Assembly (NCBI GenBank): GCA_030039865.1
Contig: JASHUS010000205.1
Span: forward strand, 1-39,914
Length of the DNA: 39,914 nt
Direction: 5' to 3'
From: Thermoplasmata archaeon
GTDB taxonomy: Archaea; Thermoplasmatota; Thermoplasmata; Lutacidiplasmatales; UBA184
This document shows positions 17,059 through 24,447 of this stretch, one piece after another. The first letter of the stretch is position 1, and each line of letters opens with the position of its first letter. The position numbers and the translations under genes were made by a program. The notes below the pieces were generated by a model, which made no database searches, had not been told where the DNA came from, and saw only the letters and a list, made by a program, of their open reading frames with translations.

Positions 17059-17151
17059 GGTTAGATTCCGAGACGACCACGAGAGTGATTTCGGCCCCCG
17101 CCTCGACCAGAGCGAGAGCACCAAGTAATGGATTCGAACCCCCCGGGGAAG

Positions 17152-17223
17152 TGGACACGGGGGGATTTGAACCCCCGACCTCTGCTTTGCGAAAGCAGCG
17201 ATCTTCCGCTGATCTACGTGCCC
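17152..17223 (-). tRNA. tRNA-Ala (anticodon CGC), no intron, CCA not encoded
   Basis: Minus-strand read: GGGCACGTAGATCAGCGGAAGATCGCTGCTTTCGCAAAGCAGAGGTCGGGGGTTCAAATCCCCCCGTGTCCA. Acceptor GGGCACG/CGTGTCC with the G3:U70 Ala identity pair, anticodon loop TTCGCAA, T arm GGGGG-TTCAAAT-CCCCC. Confidence 0.95.
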
Positions 17224-17250
17224 TCGCGCGGTGGGGAGGAAGCTTCGGCC

Positions 17251-17256
17251 TTAAGC
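17251..17256 (-). promoter_or_regulatory. Possible TATA-like box for tRNA-Ala
   Basis: GCTTAA (minus strand) lies 28-33 nt upstream of the tRNA 5' end (17223). Confidence 0.3.
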
Positions 17257-17299
17257 GCTTCGAGGAGAGAATCCGTCGGGTGTCGTGTCCGGGGCCGGT

Positions 17300-17920
17300 C
17301 TAGGCCGCGGCGAGCCGCTCGCTGGCGGTCGCCGTTTGCGAGATCGTCGATCGGGGGGTGCTCGACGTCGCTCGACCGCTGCCGCCGGAGCCGCCGCCGG
17401 ACAGGCCCCCGGTCGGAGGGGGACGGTTCGTCGACGACGCGCGGCTCGACGGACGCGGCCGCGCGATCAGGCGCTGGTCCGCCGCGTCGTAGCGGAACAG
17501 CTCCGCGTAGCGGCCCCAGTTCACGATATTCTGCACGAGGGCGTCGGCGGGCGCCGTCGTGAGCGAGACGATCTGGTGGAGCTGCTCGTCCGAGAGCGTG
17601 TGGTCCGGCGCGCCGTCGAGGGCGCGCATCAGCGTCTTGAACAGTGTCGTGCGCAGCAGCTGGTCGCGGACGACCTCCTTGCGGTCCCGGATCGACGCGG
17701 CGACGAACCGCTTGCCGAGGTCGGTGAACGTCGCGCGGCCATCGTGGACGGTGACGAGCTTCAGCACCTCGGCGAACTCGAGCGCGGGGAAGATCTCGTC
17801 GATCTCGAGATCGAGGTCGTCGGCGAGCAGCGCGACGTCCTCGGAACCTTTGTGGGAGTTCAGGAGCACGAGGAGCCCGATCATCTCGGTCGGGCTCGCC
17901 TTTGGGTACGCGGTCGGCAC
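17300..17920 (-). CDS. Stand-alone AAA-associated C-terminal domain protein of NitT/TauT-type ABC systems, with a Gly/Ser/Pro-rich tail
   Basis: ASPTEMIGLLVLLNSHKGSEDVALLADDLDLEIDEIFPALEFAEVLKLV…FKTLMRAL resembles the domain normally fused to the C-terminus of NitT/TauT ATPases. GTG start at 17920. Lies 35 nt downstream of the ATPase gene. Confidence 0.7.
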   Translation of the reverse strand: MPTAYPKASPTEMIGLLVLLNSHKGSEDVALLADDLDLEIDEIFPALEFAEVLKLVTVHDGRATFTDLGKRFVAASIRDRKEVVRDQLLRTTLFKTLMRALDGAPDHTLSDEQLHQIVSLTTAPADALVQNIVNWGRYAELFRYDAADQRLIARPRPSSRASSTNRPPPTGGLSGGGSGGSGRATSSTPRSTISQTATASERLAAA

Positions 17921-17955
17921 GGGAATTCTCTACCCTAGACCTACCCCATGCTGTA

Positions 17956-18777
17956 CTATAACATTTGGCCGGCGCGTTCCGCGCCCTCGCCGGCCGGCTC
18001 GGCGCCGGTCGTCGGCCGGCCCTCGGTGATCAAGGAGTAGACGCGGTCGGTCATGTCGTAGAACGCGCTCGACTTGCGGTCCCGCGGGCGCGGGAGCTCG
18101 ATCGGGATCTCCGCGAGGATGTGCCCGGGCCGGCGCGACAGCACGAGGACCCGGTCCGCGAGCTCGATCGCCTCCTCGATGTTGTGCGTCACGAGGATCA
18201 CGGCGTCCGGCGGCAGGGCCGGGTCCTGCCACAGTTGCAGGATCTCATCGCGCAGGCTCTCGGCCGTCAGCGCGTCGAGCGCGCTGAACGGCTCATCCAT
18301 CAGGAGGACCGATGGCTCCACCGCGAGCGCCCGCGCGAGGCCGACGCGCTGACGCATCCCGCCCGAGAGCTCGCGTGGGAACGCCTCCTGGAAGCCGTCG
18401 AGCCCGGTGACGTCGATGTACTTCTCGACCTGCGGGGCGATCCGCTCGGGCGACCAGCCGAGCGCTTCGAGGCCGAAGGCGACGTTCTGCGAGACCGTGA
18501 GCCACGGGTAGAGCGCGAAGCTCTGGAAGACCATCGCCATCTGCCGGGCGACGCCGTCGACCGGCTGGCCCCGGAACAGGATCCGCCCGGCGGTGGGCCG
18601 GTCGAGGCCCTGGATGAGCCGCAGCAAGGTCGACTTCCCGCACCCGGACGGCCCGACGATCGCGACGAAGTCGGAGTCCTTGACCTCGAACGAGATGTCC
18701 TGCATGATCGAGATGGTGCCGTGGCGCGACGGGAAGCTCTTGTCGAGATGCTCGACCCGGATCAGCGCCACCCTCAT
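17956..18777 (-). CDS. ABC transporter ATP-binding protein, NitT/TauT (nitrate/sulfonate/bicarbonate) family
   Basis: Walker A GPSGCGKST, signature LSGGMRQRVGLARAL, Walker B VLLMDEPFSALD, and VTHNIEEA. Confidence 0.9.
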   Translation of the reverse strand: MRVALIRVEHLDKSFPSRHGTISIMQDISFEVKDSDFVAIVGPSGCGKSTLLRLIQGLDRPTAGRILFRGQPVDGVARQMAMVFQSFALYPWLTVSQNVAFGLEALGWSPERIAPQVEKYIDVTGLDGFQEAFPRELSGGMRQRVGLARALAVEPSVLLMDEPFSALDALTAESLRDEILQLWQDPALPPDAVILVTHNIEEAIELADRVLVLSRRPGHILAEIPIELPRPRDRKSSAFYDMTDRVYSLITEGRPTTGAEPAGEGAERAGQML

Positions 18778-18807
18778 CCCCCCGAGGCGTCCGACGCGCC
18801 CCGGCGC

Positions 18808-20529
18808 TCAATCGTACCGGTATCGCGTCGCCGCCCGGCGGTAGAGCGGCTTCCATATGAGCTCGTTGATGGCGATGACGGTTCCGACCATCGCGAGGAG
18901 CGCCGTCGCCATCAGCGCGTAGCCCGACGAGCCCAGCGAGTTGCCGATGTCGATGAGCTGACCGAGGCCGAGCAGGCTCAGCTGCTTCGTCGGACCGACG
19001 CTGAGGTACTCCGCGACGATCAGCGTGTTCCACCCCCCACCGAACGCGGTGATCGAGCCGGTGATGAGCGCCGGGAAGATCCCCGGGAGGAGGACGCGCC
19101 GGAAGAACTTCCAGCCGCGCACGCCGTACGAGCGCGACGCCTCCACGAGGTCCGGCGGCAGGGAGCGCACGCCCGAGAGAATGTTGAAGAAGAGATACCA
19201 CATCATCCCGGTCATCAGCATCAGGATCGACGCGCCCTCCGCGCTGATGAACGGGATCAGCTGGAAGATGATCACGGGAAAGAGCGCGGTCGCGGGGAAC
19301 GACGCGATCACCTCGATGATCGGGAGCCCGACCTTGCTCGCGCGCGAACTGCGGGAGATGTGGATCGCGAGCGGCAGCGAGATGCACAGGCAGATCGCGT
19401 ACGACGCGACGATGCGTAGCGTCGACGCGCCGACGGCGGCCGGCACCTGGGCGATCAGCGCGCGCACCGACGGCTCGATCGGATGCGTGTAGACGCTGAG
19501 GAGCGCGACGACGAGGGCGATCAAGAGCAGCCAGACGATGACCAGGATAGTCCCGAGCGCGAGGTAGTAGTAGACCGAGCGGCGCCGGGCGCTCGAGGGC
19601 CGGACCGGGCGCACGGTGATCGCCGCGAGCTGGACGAGCGGGGTCGTCACCCGCGTGACCCCGGTCCGGACGCGCTCCGTCACGTAGACCCGGGCGCGAT
19701 GGAACCGGCCGGCGGAGTCCCGCTCGGGCGCGACGATCTCGGTCTCGCCGGACGGCGAGACGTCGTACCGGAACCGCTCCGCCCAGCGGCCGAGCGGACG
19801 CCAGACGACGAAGTCGAGCAGCGCGATCACGATCACGAGGACGACGATCCCGGCGAGGAACTCGGCGGCGTTCGAAGCGCTCGCGGCGAACGAGAGGTAG
19901 CTCCCGATCCCCTGCAGCGCGTTCTTGGTGTTGGTCGTGAAGATCTCCGCCTCGACGAGGAAGAACCATCCGGCCGTCCAGGAGAGGACGGTGTTGTAGA
20001 CGAGCCGGTTGACGCACGCGGGATAGAGGACGCGGCGGAAGAGCAGCCAGCCCCGCAGGCCGAACGTGTCGGCGGCCTCCTTGAGATCGCCGGGGAGGGT
20101 CTTCAGCGACTCGTAGACGCCGAAGACCATGTTCCAGGCCATCGAGGTGAAGATCAGGAAGACGGACGCGAAGTTCGGACCGATGAAGCTGCCCGGCGTG
20201 GCCGCCGCGAGGATCACGACTGCGAACGGAAAGAAGCCGAGGATCGGAACGGATTGGAGGATGTCGAGGACGGGGATCATGATGCGTTCCCCGCCTCGGT
20301 GCGTCGCCGCGTAGTACCCGTACGCGAGGGAGAAGCCGAGCGACAGCGCGTAGGCCGCGAGCATGCGCGTGAACGAGTAGGACATGTCGACCGTCGCGCG
20401 GGGGAGGTACGACGCGAAGTTCGAGAGCGACGAGCCCGAGCTCACGGCGAGGAAGACGAACGCGAGCGTCGGGATCGCCGCGTAGATCGCGAGCGCGCGC
20501 CGCGCCGAGGGAAGGACCGTGGTCCGCAC
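18808..20529 (-). CDS. Tandem-fused ABC permease (two BPD_transp_1-type domains), NitT/TauT family
   Basis: Two EAA loops: EAADTFGLRGWLLFRRVLYPA and EASRSYGVRGWKFFRRVLLPG. At least 12 TM helices. The track ORF extends to 20781, but that Arg/Pro-rich extension would overlap tRNA-Gln. The in-frame GTG at 20529 (VRTTVLPSARR…) sits just before the first TM helix. The start is uncertain. Confidence 0.8.
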   Translation of the reverse strand: MRTTVLPSARRALAIYAAIPTLAFVFLAVSSGSSLSNFASYLPRATVDMSYSFTRMLAAYALSLGFSLAYGYYAATHRGGERIMIPVLDILQSVPILGFFPFAVVILAAATPGSFIGPNFASVFLIFTSMAWNMVFGVYESLKTLPGDLKEAADTFGLRGWLLFRRVLYPACVNRLVYNTVLSWTAGWFFLVEAEIFTTNTKNALQGIGSYLSFAASASNAAEFLAGIVVLVIVIALLDFVVWRPLGRWAERFRYDVSPSGETEIVAPERDSAGRFHRARVYVTERVRTGVTRVTTPLVQLAAITVRPVRPSSARRRSVYYYLALGTILVIVWLLLIALVVALLSVYTHPIEPSVRALIAQVPAAVGASTLRIVASYAICLCISLPLAIHISRSSRASKVGLPIIEVIASFPATALFPVIIFQLIPFISAEGASILMLMTGMMWYLFFNILSGVRSLPPDLVEASRSYGVRGWKFFRRVLLPGIFPALITGSITAFGGGWNTLIVAEYLSVGPTKQLSLLGLGQLIDIGNSLGSSGYALMATALLAMVGTVIAINELIWKPLYRRAATRYRYD

Positions 20530-20727
20530 GGGCTTCGACGCGGCCGGACGTCCGACCGTCGTCGCGGGCGCCGGCCCGGTGCGCCCGCGGCTCGCCGCTT
20601 CCGCCGGATCCGAGTCGGTCGTCGGTCTGCCCCCTGGGGCCGGAATCTCTCGCGGACCCCGCTTGGATATATGGGTCGAGTGGTCGAACGGAGTCGGCGG
20701 GGCGCGCGGACGTCGAATTTCGGCAAC

Positions 20728-20735
20728 TTTTATCC
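20728..20735 (+). promoter_or_regulatory. TATA-like box for tRNA-Gln
   Basis: TTTTATCC lies 25-32 nt upstream of the tRNA 5' end (20760) in otherwise GC-rich sequence. Confidence 0.45.
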
Positions 20736-20759
20736 GTACCGCGACGCTGGCGCGGATGT

Positions 20760-20866
20760 AGCCCCGTGGTGTAGTGGCCAATCATGCGAGACTCTGGATC
20801 TCGCGACGCAGGTTCGAACGCCGCGGGGGCGCGTCGCCCTGCCGGCCGGAACTCCTGCCGGGGCTA
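20760..20866 (+). tRNA. tRNA-Gln (anticodon CTG) with a 34-nt intron (20819..20852) in the T loop (between positions 59 and 60); CCA not encoded
   Basis: Acceptor AGCCCCG/CGGGGCT (7/7 bp, A1-U72 as in archaeal tRNA-Gln). Anticodon stem CGAGA/TCTCG with loop CTCTGGA. T stem GCAGG (20808-12)/CCTGC (20854-58). The T loop TTCGAA|T is interrupted. The intron junctions form a bulge-helix-bulge: central helix TTCG (20813-16) with CGGA (20847-50), 3-nt bulges AAC and ACT, and inner helix GCCG (20820-23) with CGGC (20843-46). Confidence 0.9.
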
Positions 20867-20918
20867 CTCGGCGTTCCGACGCGAACTTCCTGTGCGGGGG
20901 TGCTCCAGCTCGGCCAAG

Positions 20919-20938
20919 CGACCCCGGATCCGGGGTCG
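20919..20938. repeat. Perfect 20-nt palindrome downstream of tRNA-Gln
   Basis: CGACCCCGGATCCGGGGTCG is self-complementary. It lies in the intergenic region between tRNA-Gln and the PPP phosphatase gene. Confidence 0.6.
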
Positions 20939-21074
20939 GGTCACCGAGGCAGGGCTTAGGACCCTGTTGCCTAGGGCATGCGCCGGTTCAAAAGGCGCGC
21001 CGGCGCGTCGGGCCGGCCGCCGGGACGTCCGGCCCCCCGCACTCCGCCCGCCCGATTGAGGAGGTCGCCGCGCG

Positions 21075-21968
21075 TTGAGCGAACTCCCCTTCCCCCCCGA
21101 GTCGGTGCTGGCCGCGAGCCCGGAGCAGGCGGACGAGCTTCTCACGCAGCTCGAGCGGACCGTACCGCTCTATCCCCCGTTCCTCTCGATCCCCGCCGGC
21201 GCGGCGCGGGAGGCGGTCGTCTTCGGCGACACGCACGGCGACTGGCGCTCGAGCGTCGCGACGGCCGAGCTCTTCGATGGTCCGGGTTCGTCGCGCCGGT
21301 TGATCGGTCTCGGCGACTACGTCGATCGCGCACCGGACGACAGCGGCGAAGGCTCCGTCGCGAACGCGTTCTATCTTCTCAGCCTGGCCGCGAAGTACCC
21401 CGATCGGGTCATCCTCCTGCAAGGGAACCACGAGACGACCCGCCGCGTTCCGGCGTCCCCGCACCACCTCCCCGAGGAGGTCGACGAGCTCTGGGGACCG
21501 GAGTCCGAACGGTACGACCGCCTGATGGGCCTCCTCGAGCGCGGACCGATCGCGGCGGCGACGCCGAGCGGAGTGTACTTCGCGCACGCGGGCTTTCCGC
21601 GCCATCTGCTCGAGCCGTGGCCGTCGACGTTCGCGAAGCTCGACCTCGAGGGGCTCTGCGAGGTCGTGTGGGCCGAGTGCGACGCCGCCCGGTCCCGGCG
21701 CGGGGCCGCGCCCCCGTGGAGCGGAGCCGACCTCGACCGATTCCTCGACGCGAGCGGTCTCTCGATCATGTTGCGGGGCCACGACCCGGACCTCACCGGA
21801 CGGCCGCTCTACGCGGGCCGGTGCCTTACCCTGCAGACGACCCGGATCTACGAGCGGTTCGGCGGCGTGATCGTGGCGGTCGTGCCGCTCGAGGGGAGCC
21901 TGCGTTCGGTGGCGCAGCTCACGATCCGCCACCTGCCGACCGAGGGTCGGTCCTATCCGCCGCCGTAG
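21075..21968 (+). CDS. PPP-family metallophosphoesterase (Ser/Thr protein phosphatase-like)
   Basis: GDTHGD, GDYVDR and GNHE motifs in the canonical order. TTG start at 21075 preceded by GAGGAGGT (21057-21064). Confidence 0.8.
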   Translation: MSELPFPPESVLAASPEQADELLTQLERTVPLYPPFLSIPAGAAREAVVFGDTHGDWRSSVATAELFDGPGSSRRLIGLGDYVDRAPDDSGEGSVANAFYLLSLAAKYPDRVILLQGNHETTRRVPASPHHLPEEVDELWGPESERYDRLMGLLERGPIAAATPSGVYFAHAGFPRHLLEPWPSTFAKLDLEGLCEVVWAECDAARSRRGAAPPWSGADLDRFLDASGLSIMLRGHDPDLTGRPLYAGRCLTLQTTRIYERFGGVIVAVVPLEGSLRSVAQLTIRHLPTEGRSYPPP

Positions 21969-22567
21969 CTAGCGCGCCGCCGGTCGTCGTGGCGCCGGCG
22001 TGGGGGCGGGCTCGGCGTAGAGGGCCCGCTCGAGCTCGCGGGCGGCCTCCGCCGTGCCGGCCGAGCGGAAGGCGTCGAGCCGGGTCCGATTGACCTCGAA
22101 GAACGCCGGTCCTCCCGCGAACCCGTGGAGCAGCTCGGCCGCCTCGGTCGGCCGACCGAGCAGATAGATCGCCGCCCCGAGCGCCTCCGCCGTGTTGAGC
22201 TCGCCGAAGCGGCCGTAGTGCTGGGGATTGGTCGCGATCAGGAACGGCAGGCGCCGACGGGCGAGGGCCCCGCCGTCGCGGATCGGCAACGCCGCGCGGG
22301 CGGAGAGGCGGTTCCACGAGCAGTCGATGACGAGCACGCCGACGCGCTCCGCCGCGGCCGGTCGGCACCCGAGAGCGGACGATCCGCGTACGGGTCGAGG
22401 ACGACCGGGGCGCCGGCGCGCGCGTCCCCGGAGTAGGCTCGGACCAACCCGAGGCTCAACAGGCGTCGACCCGTGCACGCGCGCGGGTGGTCGTCGCCGA
22501 TGACGCGGATCCAGCGGCGGAGGGGGGCGCTAGGTCGGGGGTTGGGCGTACTCCCGGAAGATCCCAT
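21969..22567 (-). pseudogene. tsr3: 16S rRNA aminocarboxypropyltransferase Tsr3 (DUF367) interrupted by a 1-nt frameshift near 22350-22363
   Basis: The N-terminal part (…IRVIGDDHPRACTGRRLLSLGLVRAY…VVLDPYADRPLSGADR) is in the frame of ORF 22238..22807. The C-terminal part (AAAERVGVLVIDCSWNRL…LPFLIATNPQHYGRFGELNTAEALGAAIYLLG…FAGGPAFFEVNRTRL) is in the frame of ORF 21969..22478. Joining the two needs a -1 shift in GACCGGCCGCGG. The only in-frame start is ATG 22567, which overlaps the aldolase 3' end. Confidence 0.75.
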
Positions 22568-23441
22568 GGATCTCACGCGTGATCGCGAGCGCCTCGTCCC
22601 TCGGGCGTTGCCAGAGGTTGCGGCCGAAGATGATGCCGGTCGCACCGGCCTCCATCGACGAGCGAACCTTCGTGAGGAGGTCCGTATCGTCGACCTTCTC
22701 TCCACCCGAGACAAGCACGAACGCGCGGCCGGCGCTCTGCACGACCTTGTGGAACGCCGCCTCCGGCGACAGGTGAAGCGTCGGGTACGGCGCGGGACTG
22801 TCGGCATCCTTCTCCGATGCGACCGGATAGTTGATCTTGACGACGTCCGCGCCGAGCTCGAGCGCGACGCGAGCCGCGTAGTCGACGGCGTACAGGCTTT
22901 CCCGGCCGCCCTTCTTCGCGACGTAGTCGCCGCGCGGGTACGACCAGACGATCAACGGCATGCCGAGCCGGTCCGCCTCCGCGCGCACCTGGGTCAGTTG
23001 CGCGAAGTCGCGGTCCTGCGACGGCGAGCCGACGTAGAGCGTGTAGCCCACCGCATCGGCCCCGAGCCGGACCGCGTCCTCGACGCTCCCGGTGAGCCCG
23101 CTGAACGCGGCGCCGTCGGGGGGGATCCCGGTCTTGCCGTTGATCTTCAGGATGAGGGGGACGTCGCCCGCGAACTCGTGATAGTACTTCTCCGCGAGGC
23201 CGATGTGCAGCGCGATCGCGCTGAAGTTCCCGTCCCGGGCGAGCTCGTACTGGTAGAGCGGATCGAGCGACGCGGGGTTGGCGAAGAAGTCGATCGGACC
23301 GTGCTCGAGGCCCTGGTCGATCGGGAGCGCGAGCATCGTGCCGCCCCCCGGTCCGTGCTCGTAGAGCAGCCGCTTGAGCCGCGTCTTCTTCCCCGGCGAC
23401 AGGCCGATCCGGTCGAGCGCGGGTCGAGGGTAATGCGCCAC
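22530..23441 (-). CDS. fba: Class I fructose-bisphosphate aldolase, DhnA/FbaB family
   Basis: LALPIDQGLEHGP…FFANP…DP resembles E. coli FbaB (ILPVDQGVEHSA…FAANPLYFDP). PLILKINGKT, and the Schiff-base Lys context GADVVKINYP. GTG start at 23441. Confidence 0.85.
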   Translation of the reverse strand: MAHYPRPALDRIGLSPGKKTRLKRLLYEHGPGGGTMLALPIDQGLEHGPIDFFANPASLDPLYQYELARDGNFSAIALHIGLAEKYYHEFAGDVPLILKINGKTGIPPDGAAFSGLTGSVEDAVRLGADAVGYTLYVGSPSQDRDFAQLTQVRAEADRLGMPLIVWSYPRGDYVAKKGGRESLYAVDYAARVALELGADVVKINYPVASEKDADSPAPYPTLHLSPEAAFHKVVQSAGRAFVLVSGGEKVDDTDLLTKVRSSMEAGATGIIFGRNLWQRPRDEALAITREIHGIFREYAQPPT

Positions 23442-23562
23442 GCGAACGCACCTCGGCCGCGCACCCGGGCCTGCGATTTAAGGCTTGACGCGGCCCCGGC
23501 ACGCGTCTTTATCCTCCGGACCCCGTAGCGACCGTGCCCTCCCGGTCGGGGAGCTGGCCTCG

Positions 23563-24447
23563 ATGCGGGCGCAGGTCATCATCGTCGCGACGCTCGCCCT
23601 CAACGCCGGGCTGTTCGCGGCGAACCTCGCGGTCGCGATCTTCTCGGGCAGCCGCACGGTCTTCGCCCAGGCGATCTACACCGTCACCGACCTGATCGGC
23701 AGCGGTCTCTTGCTCTGGGGGCTCCACGTCTCGCGGAAGCCGGCCGACTACACCTACCCGTTCGGCCGCGGGAAGGAGCGGTTCTTCTGGGCGTTCGTCT
23801 CGATCCTCGTCACCTTCACGGTCGCCGGGATCATCGCGCTCGTGACCGGCTTCGAGCAGGCGATCTCGCCCGCGCCGATCCACCACGAGCTCTACGGCCT
23901 CGCCGTCATCGCCGCCTCGCTCGGCGTCAGCCTCGGGGGAATCTGGATCACGCTGCGCGAGCTCCGCGTCTCGCGGGAGTCCCTCCAGGCCCTCCTCGAG
24001 AGCGCGAACCAGGGGCTGAAGTCGATCTTCTACCAGGACCTCGTCACCATCGCGGGCTGCATCGTCGCCTTCAGCGGCCTCGTCACCGTCTATCAGACGG
24101 GGTACTACTGGGTCGACGGGCTGACGGCGGCGATCCAGGGACTGCTCCTGGTCGCGACCGGCTTCCTCTTGACCGCGGAGAGCCGGGAGTACCTCATCGG
24201 TCGGGCGCTCGACCCGCAGGTCGCCCGGTCGCTCCTCGGCGTCATCGAACGCGATGCGCGGGTCGGCCGCGTCCGGAGCCTGCAGTCGATGCTCCTCGGA
24301 CCGGACGACGCGCTCCTCGCGCTCAGGATCAACTTCCGCGACGACCTGACGACCGATCAGATCGAGACCGCGATCGACGAGATCACGTCCTCGCTCCGCG
24401 GCAGCTATCCGGTGCTGCGGCACATCGTCATCGAACCGGAGTCGTGA
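23563..24447 (+). CDS. Cation diffusion facilitator (CDF) family transporter, divergent metal-site residues
   Basis: Six TM helices plus the CDF C-terminal domain (…RVRSLQSMLLGPDDALLALRINFRDDLTTDQIETAIDEI…RHIVIEPES). ATG 23563 inside ORF 23485..24447. The usual HxxxD pairs in TM2/TM5 are not obvious. Confidence 0.8.
   Translation: MRAQVIIVATLALNAGLFAANLAVAIFSGSRTVFAQAIYTVTDLIGSGLLLWGLHVSRKPADYTYPFGRGKERFFWAFVSILVTFTVAGIIALVTGFEQAISPAPIHHELYGLAVIAASLGVSLGGIWITLRELRVSRESLQALLESANQGLKSIFYQDLVTIAGCIVAFSGLVTVYQTGYYWVDGLTAAIQGLLLVATGFLLTAESREYLIGRALDPQVARSLLGVIERDARVGRVRSLQSMLLGPDDALLALRINFRDDLTTDQIETAIDEITSSLRGSYPVLRHIVIEPES

Larger units (their letters stand above)
15999..17151. mobile_element. 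Candidate remnant integrated cassette at tRNA-Ala (three small genes, no integrase)
   Basis: Bounded by the tRNA-Ala 3' end (17152) and its repeat at 15999..16012. The interior is A/T-richer. Confidence 0.4.

Noticed and set aside
17046-17150. tRNA-like fragments (GGCCGAGCCATGGTTAGA D-arm-like, GGGGGTTCGAATCC T-arm-like) suggesting a second tRNA gene next to tRNA-Ala
   Set aside because: No complete cloverleaf can be drawn on either strand. The T-stem 3' side does not pair, and there is no acceptor partner. The D-arm-like piece overlaps the start of the membrane-protein CDS. The T-arm-like piece is kept only as supporting evidence for a recombination scar.
20530-20781. N-terminal 84-aa extension of the fused ABC permease
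   Set aside because: It would overlap the tRNA-Gln gene on the opposite strand and is Arg/Pro/Thr-rich with no TM helix. An in-frame GTG at 20529 precedes the first helix.
20883-20904. Possible degenerate copy of the tRNA-Gln 3' end (GAACTTCCTGTGCGGGGGTGCT versus GAACTCCTGCCGGGGCTA) 17 nt downstream of the tRNA
   Set aside because: The alignment needs three indels over about 20 nt and brackets no genes. This is too weak to call an att site, unlike the tRNA-Leu and tRNA-Ala repeats.
24428-24447. 20-nt convergent overlap of the CDF and MFS genes as a possible regulatory antisense arrangement
   Set aside because: Short 3'-3' overlaps are common in compact prokaryotic genomes, and nothing else in the sequence supports a special role.
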